DNA of 64,000 nucleotides, from positions 19,322 to 83,321 of the forward strand of contig CAIVGL010000022.1 of NCBI GenBank assembly GCA_903905505.1, in the 5' to 3' direction. The position numbers and the translations under genes were made by a program. Below are positions 1 through 9,035 of the stretch, in pieces. Source of the DNA: an uncultured Bacteroidia bacterium (GTDB lineage: Bacteria; Bacteroidota; Bacteroidia; Bacteroidales; Prolixibacteraceae). The notes under the pieces are model-generated. The model did not search any database. It had not been told where the DNA came from and saw nothing but the letters and a program-made list of their open reading frames with translations. Positions within the stretch are counted from its first letter, which is position 1; every line of letters begins with the position of its first letter.

Positions 1-2
1 TG

Positions 3-1022
3 GTGGCTTTTGAAACACCGAAGCATGCTGGTGCCAAAGGTTCTTCATTCTCGATGTTATCGCTTAATACACCTAAAGTAGGGGTCATGGCCCTTAAGAA
101 GGCCGAGAATAGCGACTATTTTATTGTCCGTGTGAATGAATTAACTGGTCACGATCAGAAAAGCATAAGTTTGAAATTCCCATCTTCCATAGTGGAAGCC
201 TATGAAGTAAATGGCCAAGAGCAGAAAATTGGCGCTGCAACAATTGCTGGCAATGCCTTGACTTTTGATCTGACCCATTATACGATTCGATCGTATGCGT
301 TTAAGCTAGCCACTCAGAGTCATCAGGTGGTTAAGCAAGAGCCAGTAAAGCTTGATTACGATCAGGATGTGGTAAGTTTCGATATCAATCGTACCGATGG
401 CAATATGATGCCTGTTTACGATCCGACTGACCATGGTAATGTTTGCAACTACCCTGCTGAGCTTGTCCCTTCGGAGATCGTTAGCGAAGGTGTACAATTT
501 AAGATGGGCAGTGTTCAAGATTTGCAAAAGAATGTGGTGAGCTGCAATGGTCAGACTTTACAGCTTCCAGAAGGAGATTACAATAAGGTCTATATTTTAG
601 CTTCTGCTACTAATGAAACCACCGGTAAATTTAATGTTGATGGACTAGAATCTAATCTTACCATCGCCAATTGGAGAGGTTTTATCGGTCAGCATTACGA
701 CAGGCAGTTTGACCTAGATGGATATACCGTGCGCAGCATTAAAGAGCCCTATTTGAAATACGATAACATCGCTTGGTTTGCCTCGCATTGGCATTTTGGT
801 TATCCAACACGAAATGAGCCATATAGTTATTCTTATATTTTCAAGTATGCCCTTTATATACCTGCGCATGCTAAGACGATTACCTTACCAGCCAACAATA
901 AGATCAAGATTTTTGCAATTACAGCTGCTCAAAATACGCGAGATGAACTAAAGATATTACAACCAATGTCTGATGATTTCTCGGAGTCGAAACCATATGC
1001 ATTGAGGAAAGCAGAAAATTAA
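3..1022 (+). CDS. C-terminal 339 aa of a larger glycoside hydrolase; tentatively GH38 alpha-mannosidase-like C-terminal region plus an uncharacterised extra domain (5' end outside window)
   Basis: Frame is open from the window edge to the stop at 1020-1022. The segment ALKKAENSDYFIVRVNELTG...ISLKF resembles the GH38 C-terminal barrel as I remember it. Family call needs a profile search. Confidence 0.45.
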   Translation: MAFETPKHAGAKGSSFSMLSLNTPKVGVMALKKAENSDYFIVRVNELTGHDQKSISLKFPSSIVEAYEVNGQEQKIGAATIAGNALTFDLTHYTIRSYAFKLATQSHQVVKQEPVKLDYDQDVVSFDINRTDGNMMPVYDPTDHGNVCNYPAELVPSEIVSEGVQFKMGSVQDLQKNVVSCNGQTLQLPEGDYNKVYILASATNETTGKFNVDGLESNLTIANWRGFIGQHYDRQFDLDGYTVRSIKEPYLKYDNIAWFASHWHFGYPTRNEPYSYSYIFKYALYIPAHAKTITLPANNKIKIFAITAAQNTRDELKILQPMSDDFSESKPYALRKAEN

Positions 1023-1080
1023 TTTATGTTTGTAAATCAGAAGCTATTTAGTTGATTTGTTGATTTTTGAATAAATTTGA

Positions 1081-1088
1081 TACTTTTG
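1081..1088 (+). promoter_or_regulatory. Candidate Bacteroidota -7 promoter box TACTTTTG upstream of the OYE reductase gene
   Basis: Exact match to TAnnTTTG, 77 nt upstream of the ATG at 1165. A second match, TATGTTTG, lies at 1025-1032. Motif match only. Confidence 0.3.
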
Positions 1089-1164
1089 AACCTATGCGAT
1101 GGGCTATATCAAATTGCTCTTATTTTCATAAACGCTTTATCTTTTCATGTTATAGATTAGATCT

Positions 1165-2229
1165 ATGTCAAGGTTATTCTCTCCTTTAACGATTAAGTCG
1201 GTTAAGTTCCGAAATCGAATTGTTGTCTCCCCGATGTGTCAGTATTCTGCCGTCGATGGTTATGCCAATGATTGGCATTTGGTTCACTTAGGAAGTAGGG
1301 CCGTTGGTGGTGCTGGCTTGGTTATTCAAGAGGCTACAGCTGTCTCTCCAGAGGGTCGGATCACTGCGGGTGATTTAGGGATCTATTATCATGACCATGT
1401 AGAGAAATTAAAACAGATTACGGCCTTTATTCAGGCTCAAGGGGCTGTGGCTGGTATTCAGATCGCTCATGCAGGACGCAAAGCAAGTTGCGATCTTCCC
1501 TGGAATGGTGGAGGTCAGCTTAAAAAAGATGAAGGTGGTTGGCCGACCGTTTCCTCTTCGCCCCTTACATTTAATCCGGATGACGAAGCACCCTCTGAAC
1601 TTACCTTAAAAGAGCTTAAGAAGGTCGTTAATGATTTTAAAGTTGCCGCAGCGAGAGCTTTTGAAGCAGGCTATCAGGTGCTGGAGATTCATGCTGCTCA
1701 TGGCTATCTGATTCATCAGTTCTTCTCCCCTTTAAGTAATAAACGGAGCGATAAATTCGGGGGAAGCTTTGTGAATCGAATTCGGTTGTGCATGGAGATT
1801 ATCGCTGCCGTTCAAGCTGTTTGGCCTAAGGAATTACCTTTGTTTGTTCGCATCTCAGCGACTGACTGGGCTGATCATGGTTGGGATTTAACCGAGGCAC
1901 TTCAGCTGTGTGCTATCTTAAAATCACTGGGCGTCGATTTAATCGATTGCTCATCTGGTGGTTTAGTAAAACATCAGCAAATTCCATTAGGACCGGGTTA
2001 CCAGGTCCCATTTTCAGCTAAGATTAGAAGTAAAACTGGCATCTTAACGGGTACGGTAGGATTAATAACAGAACCCTCTCAGTCTGAAGAAATTTTAAAA
2101 AATGGAGAGGCGGATCTTATTTTAATTGGTCGTGAATCATTACGGGAGCCTTATTTCACCTTGAAGGCGGCGAAAGAGCTGGGTGATGAACTCAGCTGGC
2201 CAAATCAATATGCTCGGGCTAAATTATAA
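1165..2229 (+). CDS. namA: NADPH dehydrogenase / NADH:flavin oxidoreductase, Old Yellow Enzyme family (YqjM/NamA type)
   Basis: Near-colinear by eye with B. subtilis YqjM: RIVVSPMCQYS, GLVIQEATAVSPEGRIT, IQIAHAGRK, VLEIHAAHGYLIHQFFSPLSNKRSD, LFVRISATDW, DLIDCSSGG, ADLILIGRE. Confidence 0.88.
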   Translation: MSRLFSPLTIKSVKFRNRIVVSPMCQYSAVDGYANDWHLVHLGSRAVGGAGLVIQEATAVSPEGRITAGDLGIYYHDHVEKLKQITAFIQAQGAVAGIQIAHAGRKASCDLPWNGGGQLKKDEGGWPTVSSSPLTFNPDDEAPSELTLKELKKVVNDFKVAAARAFEAGYQVLEIHAAHGYLIHQFFSPLSNKRSDKFGGSFVNRIRLCMEIIAAVQAVWPKELPLFVRISATDWADHGWDLTEALQLCAILKSLGVDLIDCSSGGLVKHQQIPLGPGYQVPFSAKIRSKTGILTGTVGLITEPSQSEEILKNGEADLILIGRESLREPYFTLKAAKELGDELSWPNQYARAKL

Positions 2230-2240
2230 TCTATCTCGTC

Positions 2241-4457
2241 ATGGATAAAAGTCGCAGGCGTAATTTTATACTCATTTTCGGAATTCTGGTAATTGCCATA
2301 ATCCTGATCTCCTTTAAACACGAGAAAAAATCAATCCCCGATTATAGCGGCTGGAGGACCTATGCCGGATCAAAAGATGGAATCCGCTACTCCTCTAACG
2401 ACCAAATCAATCTAAGCAATGTGTCGAAGCTTCAGAAAGCTTGGACTTTTTCCTCCGGAGATAAAGATACAGCTAACCACAGTCAGATTCAGTGTAACCC
2501 AATCATGGTAGATGGCATTTTGTATGGGCTGACACCACGTGTGAAATTATTTGCGTTGGATGCTGCAACGGGAAAACAAAAATGGATTTTCGATCCTGCA
2601 GCTACCGATTCAATGGCGAAGAAGCATCCATCCTCGTATTTTAAAATTGCTCGTGGCATGACCTATTGGCAAGATGAAAATGGCGACAATAAGCGAATTA
2701 TCTATGGTGTAAGTGCAAAAGTTTACGCCATTAACGTTCAAGATGGTACGCAAATTCGTTCTTTTGGTGAAAATGGAATCTTGGATCTATCCCAAAATCT
2801 AGATCGGGAATTGGGCACATTTAATCCATATGTTAGCAATACCACCCCTGGAATTATTTATAAAGATTTGTTAATCATTGGTATGCGTGTCGGGGAAGAT
2901 GCCGATGCAGCACCAGGAACGATACGCGCGTTTGATGTTCGGACCGGAAAGTTAAGATGGAAGTTTCATACCATGCCTCATCCAGGTGAACTAAACTATG
3001 AGACCTGGCCCGATAAGGATGCGTATAAAAAACTCGGCTCTGCCAATAATTGGTCGGGAATGTCGGTCGACGAAAAGCGCGGTATTGTTTATGTTCCGAC
3101 AGGATCAGTTGGAGGTGATTTTTATGGAGGTATTCGAAAAGGTCAGAATCTATATGCAAACTCACTTTTGGCTTTAGATGCCTTAACGGGGAAATATATC
3201 TGGCACTACCAGGTTGTGCATCATGATCTTTGGGATCGTGACTTGGCCGCTAATCCCAATTTGGTGACTGTAAAAAAAGATGGGATATCCATTGATGCGG
3301 TAGCCCAGATTACCAAACACGGATTTATCTTTTTATTTGATCGCACCAATGGCAAGCCGATATTCCCAATCGTAGAAAAACCTTTTCCGGCATCAGATCT
3401 TCCCGGGGAAGAGGCCTGGCCAACACAGCCAATCCCAACTCTTCCTGAGCCATTTGCTCGACAGACATTTAATGAAGAGGATGTTACAGATATCTCACCG
3501 GAGAGCCATGAGGAGATGTTAGCCCAATTTAAGAACATTAAATATCATAAGCTTTTCGATCCGCCTAGTAAGTCGGGCTCCATGATATTCCCTGGTTTTG
3601 ATGGGGGTGGGGAATGGGGTGGCGCCGCTGTTGATCCTGCTTCTGCCATACTCTATGTCAACAGCAGCGAGATGCCCTGGGCCTTAACAATGGTTGACAA
3701 GGTAAGATCCGACAGTAAAAACTTTAAAAGTCTTGGTCAAACAGTCTATGGAAATTATTGCATCGCCTGTCATGGACCTGAGCTAAAAGGGAATGGTAGT
3801 TCTTTCCCGTCGCTGGTAAATATTGGGAAGAAATATTCGACCGAGCAGATCACTGCACTTTTAGCAAGTGGCAAAAACATGATGCCAGCTTTTAAACAGA
3901 TTGCTCCAAATGAAGCTAAAGCTTTGGTGGATTTCCTAGTCCAAGAATCAACTAAAACCGATCAATTAGTCGGTTCAAATGAAACAGCGTTGGCTCAAAA
4001 TCCGACAAAAAAGTATTCCATTCTTGATGATATTCCTTATGCCATGACTGGTTACATCCGGTTTGTTGACAAACTGGGTTATCCGGGCATTAAGCCACCT
4101 TGGGGCACACTGAATGCCGTGGACCTGAACAGTGGAAAGCTCTTATGGAAAGTTCCGCTTGGCGAATTTCCAGAGCTAACCAAAAAAGGGATCCCAATCA
4201 CAGGCACTGAGTGTTATGGTGGTCCATTGGTAACCAAGGGTGGACTGGTGTTTATTGCAGCTTCAATGGATGCGCGATTGCATGCATTTGATAAAAATAC
4301 GGGCAAACTAATCTGGCAAGCTCAGCTCCCTGCACCAGGGTATGCCACACCGGCAACCTATCTGATCGACGGCAAACAATATGTTGTCATTGGTTGTGGT
4401 GGTGGCAAGATAGGGAGCAAATCTGGCGATACTTATATCGCCTTCGCGTTGCCTTAA
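2241..4457 (+). CDS. Membrane-anchored PQQ-dependent dehydrogenase (beta-propeller quinoprotein) with an internal c-type cytochrome module
   Basis: N-terminal TM helix FILIFGILVIAIILISF. Repeated propeller-blade motifs GKQKWIF, GKLRWKF, GKYIWHY, GKLLWKV, GKLIWQA. Heme motif CIACH (nt 3759-3773) with downstream MPAF. Confidence 0.8.
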   Translation: MDKSRRRNFILIFGILVIAIILISFKHEKKSIPDYSGWRTYAGSKDGIRYSSNDQINLSNVSKLQKAWTFSSGDKDTANHSQIQCNPIMVDGILYGLTPRVKLFALDAATGKQKWIFDPAATDSMAKKHPSSYFKIARGMTYWQDENGDNKRIIYGVSAKVYAINVQDGTQIRSFGENGILDLSQNLDRELGTFNPYVSNTTPGIIYKDLLIIGMRVGEDADAAPGTIRAFDVRTGKLRWKFHTMPHPGELNYETWPDKDAYKKLGSANNWSGMSVDEKRGIVYVPTGSVGGDFYGGIRKGQNLYANSLLALDALTGKYIWHYQVVHHDLWDRDLAANPNLVTVKKDGISIDAVAQITKHGFIFLFDRTNGKPIFPIVEKPFPASDLPGEEAWPTQPIPTLPEPFARQTFNEEDVTDISPESHEEMLAQFKNIKYHKLFDPPSKSGSMIFPGFDGGGEWGGAAVDPASAILYVNSSEMPWALTMVDKVRSDSKNFKSLGQTVYGNYCIACHGPELKGNGSSFPSLVNIGKKYSTEQITALLASGKNMMPAFKQIAPNEAKALVDFLVQESTKTDQLVGSNETALAQNPTKKYSILDDIPYAMTGYIRFVDKLGYPGIKPPWGTLNAVDLNSGKLLWKVPLGEFPELTKKGIPITGTECYGGPLVTKGGLVFIAASMDARLHAFDKNTGKLIWQAQLPAPGYATPATYLIDGKQYVVIGCGGGKIGSKSGDTYIAFALP

Positions 4458-4528
4458 GCAAATTAGACTCTTGCCTAGGAATTAAAATACATACCTCATT
4501 CCGATTTTTGGATGCTAAAGATTTATTT

Positions 4529-7087
4529 ATGAAACGATTACCTATTCTTCTTATTTTATTAATTATCGTTTCTTCGATGATCTTAAAGGCGCAGTCTCTG
4601 AAGCCAAAGCCAATTATTGGAGGTGCATGGGTTACCGAATGGCTCCTATGTGGACCGTTTGATTTGGTTAAGAATGATGATGTGTTTGCCCATTGTACTG
4701 GTTTTCAGACCGACTTTCTAAAAAAGGGTGGAGGAGAACAGAATTTGAAAGTTAAAGTGGGCGATGTGGTCCATTTTAAAGGCGGCAGTAATACGTGGAA
4801 ATTTTATGCCTCTTCAGAAGAGACACTAAATTTAGACCAAGCTATTTCTACAAAAGAGCCTGTCTGCGGATATGCCTACACGGAGGTGATTGCCCCCGAA
4901 ACGGGTTTTTGGAAACTCGCCTTCGGGAGTAACGATGGTGGCCGATTATGGGTCAATGGACAATTAATCTGGGATTATGCTCCTAATCGAGGAATTTATA
5001 AGGATCAGAATATTCTCCCTGTATTATTGAATAAAGGGAAGAATACCATCTTATTGAAAATCGAAGATAAGGGTGGATTATGGAGGGTGGCATTGCGATT
5101 TTTACCGTTTGAAAGTTCCGTATTAAAAGAAAAGGAGAGTCCATTGTTTATGGATTATCAGCAAGATGGGACCATTGGATTGACCTCATTGGCAGACCTA
5201 AAACGGATTGCTCCTCTTCTAGAATCGGTTCGTGTGGAAGTTAAAGATCATGGCAAACTCCTATCCAATGAGTCTTTGAGTGGTGAATTTTTTAAGCGAA
5301 TAGCTTTAGCATCTAAATCATATAGATCTGTTGAAGCAACAATCGATATTAATCTGAAAAGTGGTCAAAAATGGCAGATTCAGCAAAATCTTTTAGTCGG
5401 AAATCACCAAGCATTTAAGCTATTTGAGAATCATACTTCAACGTATGCCATTGTCTTGGGAACGAATGCATCCGAATCAGAACAGTTTGCCGCCAAGGAG
5501 CTTCAGCAATGTATTCAAACCAGTAGTGGCGTGTTGATTCCTATTAAATCGATATCTGAATCCTATAAAGGTGGTCGAATCATCATCGGATATAATGAGC
5601 TAACGCACTCATTAGGTGTTGAGGCAGCTCCAGCTAAAGATGACGAGTCCTTTGTGTATAAGAATGTAGAAGGTGATATTCTGATCTATGGAGGGAGTCA
5701 ACGCGGCACGATGTATGGGGTGTTTTCATTCCTGGAGCGTGAGTTAGGTGTTCGATGGTATACCTCACGTGTTACAGACATTCCGCAGCGCGATCGTTAC
5801 CAGTTCGACTCTCTTTACAATACCGAAAAGCCTGGTATTCGGGTTCGCAACGATTTTTATTTTGATGCCTTTAAGCCGCTTTATGCTGCACATAACCGAA
5901 TAAATGGGGCCATGGGAGGTCGCGATCAGCATGGGGGTGTCGAAGGTTATTGGGGTGTTCATACCTTTAATGTTTTGGTTCCTCCTGCGACTTATTTTGC
6001 CACTCACCCCGAATACTTTAGCTTGCTAAATGGGAAAAGAACAGCTGAAAGTGCTCAACTCTGTTTGACAAATCCCGATGTTCTCAAGATAACGATTGAG
6101 AATATTAAAGATGTGATGCGAAAGAATCCGGAGTATTTAATTTATGATGTTTCGCAAAATGATTGTTCGGGTTATTGTACGTGTGATAAATGTGCCGCTA
6201 TCGCGAAAGCTGAAGGTAGCGAATCGGGTACGATGGTTTGGTTTGTAAACCAAGTGGCTGACGCTATTAAGAGTGAATTTCCTGATAAGTTTATTGGCAC
6301 CTTGGCTTATGTATATACCCGAAAACCCCCACTTCATATTAAACCGCGCAAAAATGTGGTGATCCGATTGTGTAGTATCGAGTGTTGTTTCTCGCATGAC
6401 CTCCATTCGTGTGCGCAGAACACCTCTTTTGTCGAAGATCTCGAGCATTGGAGAGAGATTGCTCCAAACATGTATATCTGGGATTATGTGGTTAGCTATG
6501 CCGATTATCTTTCGCCATTTCCTAATTTTAACATCCTGCAAGCAAACATCAAAGCTTTTCAGCAGAACAATGCCATTGGGGTTATGGAGGAGGCTAATTT
6601 CCAATCCGATGGCGGCGAGTTTGCCGAACTTCGAGCGTATGTCTTTGCCAAATTACTGTGGAATCCTGATCTGAATTACGAAGAGCTACTTTCCGATTTC
6701 TTCTCCGGTTATTATGGTCATGCAGGAACGTATGTTCGTCAATATTTCAATCTCGTGCAAGGGCTAGTGACCAAAGATGTGCATATCACCCCTAATTTAT
6801 CGTGCGAGAATACCCTGTTTACCAGTGAGTTTTTAGCCCAGTCACTTTCAATATTTGACAAAGCCGAGAAGGCAGCCAGCAATCAAGATCAGATCAACCG
6901 TGTCGAGCTGGCCTCTTTGGGCGTGTTGTATATGAAGTGTATTCGTACACCAAAGCTTGCGCGGAAAGATGGCACGTATGAGAAGTTTAGTCGCATTGTG
7001 GAACGCGAGAAAGTCATCAATTGGATGGATACCGACTTCTTACAAAAGACCAAAGCCTTTCATCGCATGATTAAAGAGGCGAAGTAA
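4529..7087 (+). CDS. Secreted DUF4838-type glycoside-hydrolase-like protein
   Basis: The ORF track starts at 4394, but the ATG at 4529 gives a clean signal peptide (MKRLPILLILLIIVSSMILKAQS) and removes the overlap with the upstream gene. GGSQRGTMYGVFSFLERELGVRWYT and a Cys cluster CSGYCTCDKC are typical of DUF4838 proteins as I recall them. Confidence 0.7.
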   Translation: MKRLPILLILLIIVSSMILKAQSLKPKPIIGGAWVTEWLLCGPFDLVKNDDVFAHCTGFQTDFLKKGGGEQNLKVKVGDVVHFKGGSNTWKFYASSEETLNLDQAISTKEPVCGYAYTEVIAPETGFWKLAFGSNDGGRLWVNGQLIWDYAPNRGIYKDQNILPVLLNKGKNTILLKIEDKGGLWRVALRFLPFESSVLKEKESPLFMDYQQDGTIGLTSLADLKRIAPLLESVRVEVKDHGKLLSNESLSGEFFKRIALASKSYRSVEATIDINLKSGQKWQIQQNLLVGNHQAFKLFENHTSTYAIVLGTNASESEQFAAKELQQCIQTSSGVLIPIKSISESYKGGRIIIGYNELTHSLGVEAAPAKDDESFVYKNVEGDILIYGGSQRGTMYGVFSFLERELGVRWYTSRVTDIPQRDRYQFDSLYNTEKPGIRVRNDFYFDAFKPLYAAHNRINGAMGGRDQHGGVEGYWGVHTFNVLVPPATYFATHPEYFSLLNGKRTAESAQLCLTNPDVLKITIENIKDVMRKNPEYLIYDVSQNDCSGYCTCDKCAAIAKAEGSESGTMVWFVNQVADAIKSEFPDKFIGTLAYVYTRKPPLHIKPRKNVVIRLCSIECCFSHDLHSCAQNTSFVEDLEHWREIAPNMYIWDYVVSYADYLSPFPNFNILQANIKAFQQNNAIGVMEEANFQSDGGEFAELRAYVFAKLLWNPDLNYEELLSDFFSGYYGHAGTYVRQYFNLVQGLVTKDVHITPNLSCENTLFTSEFLAQSLSIFDKAEKAASNQDQINRVELASLGVLYMKCIRTPKLARKDGTYEKFSRIVEREKVINWMDTDFLQKTKAFHRMIKEAK

Positions 7088-7090
7088 GAC

Positions 7091-8728
7091 TTATAAAAAA
7101 CGGGTTCGGAGCGCCACCTTATTGATTTTTCCTACGCTTGTTTTATCAATCGAATCTGTTCGCTTTACTTTTAAGGTGATAGCTTCGCGTGGCAATACCC
7201 CATTATCGACGCTCGCCTTAACAACTTGAATGATCTCGCGGTCTTCAAATTGAACGGTGTCTTTGGCTATTATAATGGCAAGTGGGACCTCGCCCCAGTT
7301 GGTATCTGGACATCCAATAACGGCAACTTCTAAAATGCCTTCGTGTTTTGCAATCACATCTTCAATTTCGAGAGAGCTTAGCCACTCACCGCCGACTTTG
7401 ATCACATCTTTGGTCCGATCAGTAATTCGGATGCTTCCCTTGCTATTGACTACAGCCACATCATTGGTATGCATCCAGCCACCTTCCCAAAGTTTTTCGG
7501 AATGGACATGATCTTTATGGTAACCTTGGGTGAGATAAGGGGAACGAATGACGATCTCGCCTGGTGATTTATCATCTTGCGGCACATCATGGCCTTCTGC
7601 ATCAACCACGCGCATTTGTGCTAATCCTACAGGGTATCCTGTTCGGCATCGGATATCGGCCTGTTCTTCGAAGGTAAGTGCTTCTTCTTCGACTGATATT
7701 TGTGCAAGGGATAAGATTGGACAAGTTTCTGACATGCCGTAACCGGCAAAGATGTCGATCCCACGTTTGAGTGCTTCAATGGCTAATGCTTTTGGAAGTG
7801 CTGCGCCCCCGATGATACAGGTCCAACCTGTGAGATCAAATTGCTTAGAGGTCGGCTCTTTAAGCAGCATGTTTAATATCGTTGGCACACAGTGGCTGAA
7901 GGTAACTTTGTGCGTGGTGAGCAGTTTTAAGAGCATCGCAGGAACATATTTCCCTGGATAGACCTGCTTGGTCCCTAAAAAGGTTGCTACATAAGGAACG
8001 CCCCATGCATGGACGTGGAACATTGGCGTAATTGGCATATAGACCGAGTCGCGATGAAACCGACCTTGTGATGAAGGCGCTGCAAGTGCTGCGGTGGTGG
8101 TAAGAGTATGAAGCACTAATTGTCTGTGCGAGAAGTAAACACCTTTTGGTAGACCAGTGGTACCGGTGGTATAAAACGTGGTCGCCCGTGTATTTTCGTC
8201 AAAATCGGGGAAATTGTATACAGGTGAGGCTTCAGCAAGTAATTTTTCATATTCCCCTTCAAATTGAAAATGATGGTTTACAACCTCGCCTCCTTCGTCA
8301 ATAAGGATAAATTTACGACCTTCTTGAATTCGCCCTTTTATCGATTCCAAGAGGGGAATAAAGTCGGCATGACAAATAATGACATCGTCTTCGGCATGCT
8401 CAATGGTGTAGATCATCTGCTCTGGTGACAGACGGACATTAATGGTATGAAGAACTGCACCCATCATAGGTACTGCATAATAAGCCTCCAGATAGCGATG
8501 CGAATCCCAGTCCATCACGGCAACGGTATGTCCTTCCTTTACGCCAATGGTCGCTAGCGCATTGGCTAAGCGGTGTACTCGCTCTTGCCAGGTCTGATAA
8601 GTCAGGGTAAGCTGATCGCGGTAAACAATCTCTTGATTTGGATTATTGGCCAGTGGAGCCAAGTAGAGTTGCTTGATTAGTAGCGGATATTCGTAGGCCG
8701 AAGCAGTTTTGACGATTAAATTACTCAT
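7091..8728 (-). CDS. Long-chain fatty-acid--CoA ligase (AMP-dependent synthetase/ligase family)
   Basis: Adenylation motifs YTTGTTGLPKGV, GYGMSETCP, TNDVAV..GSIRITDRTKDVIKVGGEWLSS. Overall colinear with Thermus-type long-chain acyl-CoA synthetases. Confidence 0.85.
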   Translation of the reverse strand: MSNLIVKTASAYEYPLLIKQLYLAPLANNPNQEIVYRDQLTLTYQTWQERVHRLANALATIGVKEGHTVAVMDWDSHRYLEAYYAVPMMGAVLHTINVRLSPEQMIYTIEHAEDDVIICHADFIPLLESIKGRIQEGRKFILIDEGGEVVNHHFQFEGEYEKLLAEASPVYNFPDFDENTRATTFYTTGTTGLPKGVYFSHRQLVLHTLTTTAALAAPSSQGRFHRDSVYMPITPMFHVHAWGVPYVATFLGTKQVYPGKYVPAMLLKLLTTHKVTFSHCVPTILNMLLKEPTSKQFDLTGWTCIIGGAALPKALAIEALKRGIDIFAGYGMSETCPILSLAQISVEEEALTFEEQADIRCRTGYPVGLAQMRVVDAEGHDVPQDDKSPGEIVIRSPYLTQGYHKDHVHSEKLWEGGWMHTNDVAVVNSKGSIRITDRTKDVIKVGGEWLSSLEIEDVIAKHEGILEVAVIGCPDTNWGEVPLAIIIAKDTVQFEDREIIQVVKASVDNGVLPREAITLKVKRTDSIDKTSVGKINKVALRTRFL

Positions 8729-8794
8729 AATGGGTTGTTCTTAGTCGGACTTTCTGTTGCGAAAACTCTGAAGTTTGAAAAGGTTTAAAAATCG

Positions 8795-8815
8795 CTAAAC
8801 TAGAGTCTAGTTTAG
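8795..8815. promoter_or_regulatory. Perfect 21-nt palindrome CTAAACTAGA-G-TCTAGTTTAG, a candidate operator in the divergent ligase/kinase intergenic region
   Basis: 10-nt arms are exact reverse complements. It lies 67-87 nt upstream of the ligase start codon (8728). Confidence 0.35.
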
Positions 8816-9035
8816 GAATGCAAAATAATAAATTTTTAGGAATTGGACGCGTGTGAAAACTTAAGGCATTCCAACTTATTTCTCAGCTCATTTAATCTGC
8901 AATTGAACCTTTTCGGCATGAAATATGAACCTCGATTATGTACTCTAAATTGCGTATCTTTAATAAAATGATACTGTCTAAGGGTTGTTAACTCGATATG
9001 CTTTTTCAATTCGCTAAACTTTAAGCCTTCTTGAT

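Noticed and set aside
4394-4528. N-terminal 45 codons of the ORF-track entry 4394..7087, overlapping the end of the PQQ dehydrogenase gene by 64 nt
   Set aside because: The ATG at 4529 gives a textbook signal peptide and removes the overlap. The upstream residues (MWWWQDREQIW...) look like non-coding read-through.
7087-7091. Convergent gene pairs separated by only 1-3 nt and no terminator (7087/7091, and likewise 34255/34257)
   Set aside because: Tight convergent packing is common in compact bacterial genomes. I see nothing beyond the absence of hairpins, so it does not merit a finding.
2875-7961. Numerous 60-155 aa antisense or off-frame ORFs inside large genes (for example 3221..3538, 6137..6604, 7257..7961, and similar ones throughout the window)
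   Set aside because: All lie within confidently identified longer genes and have no recognisable motifs. They are typical shadow ORFs.
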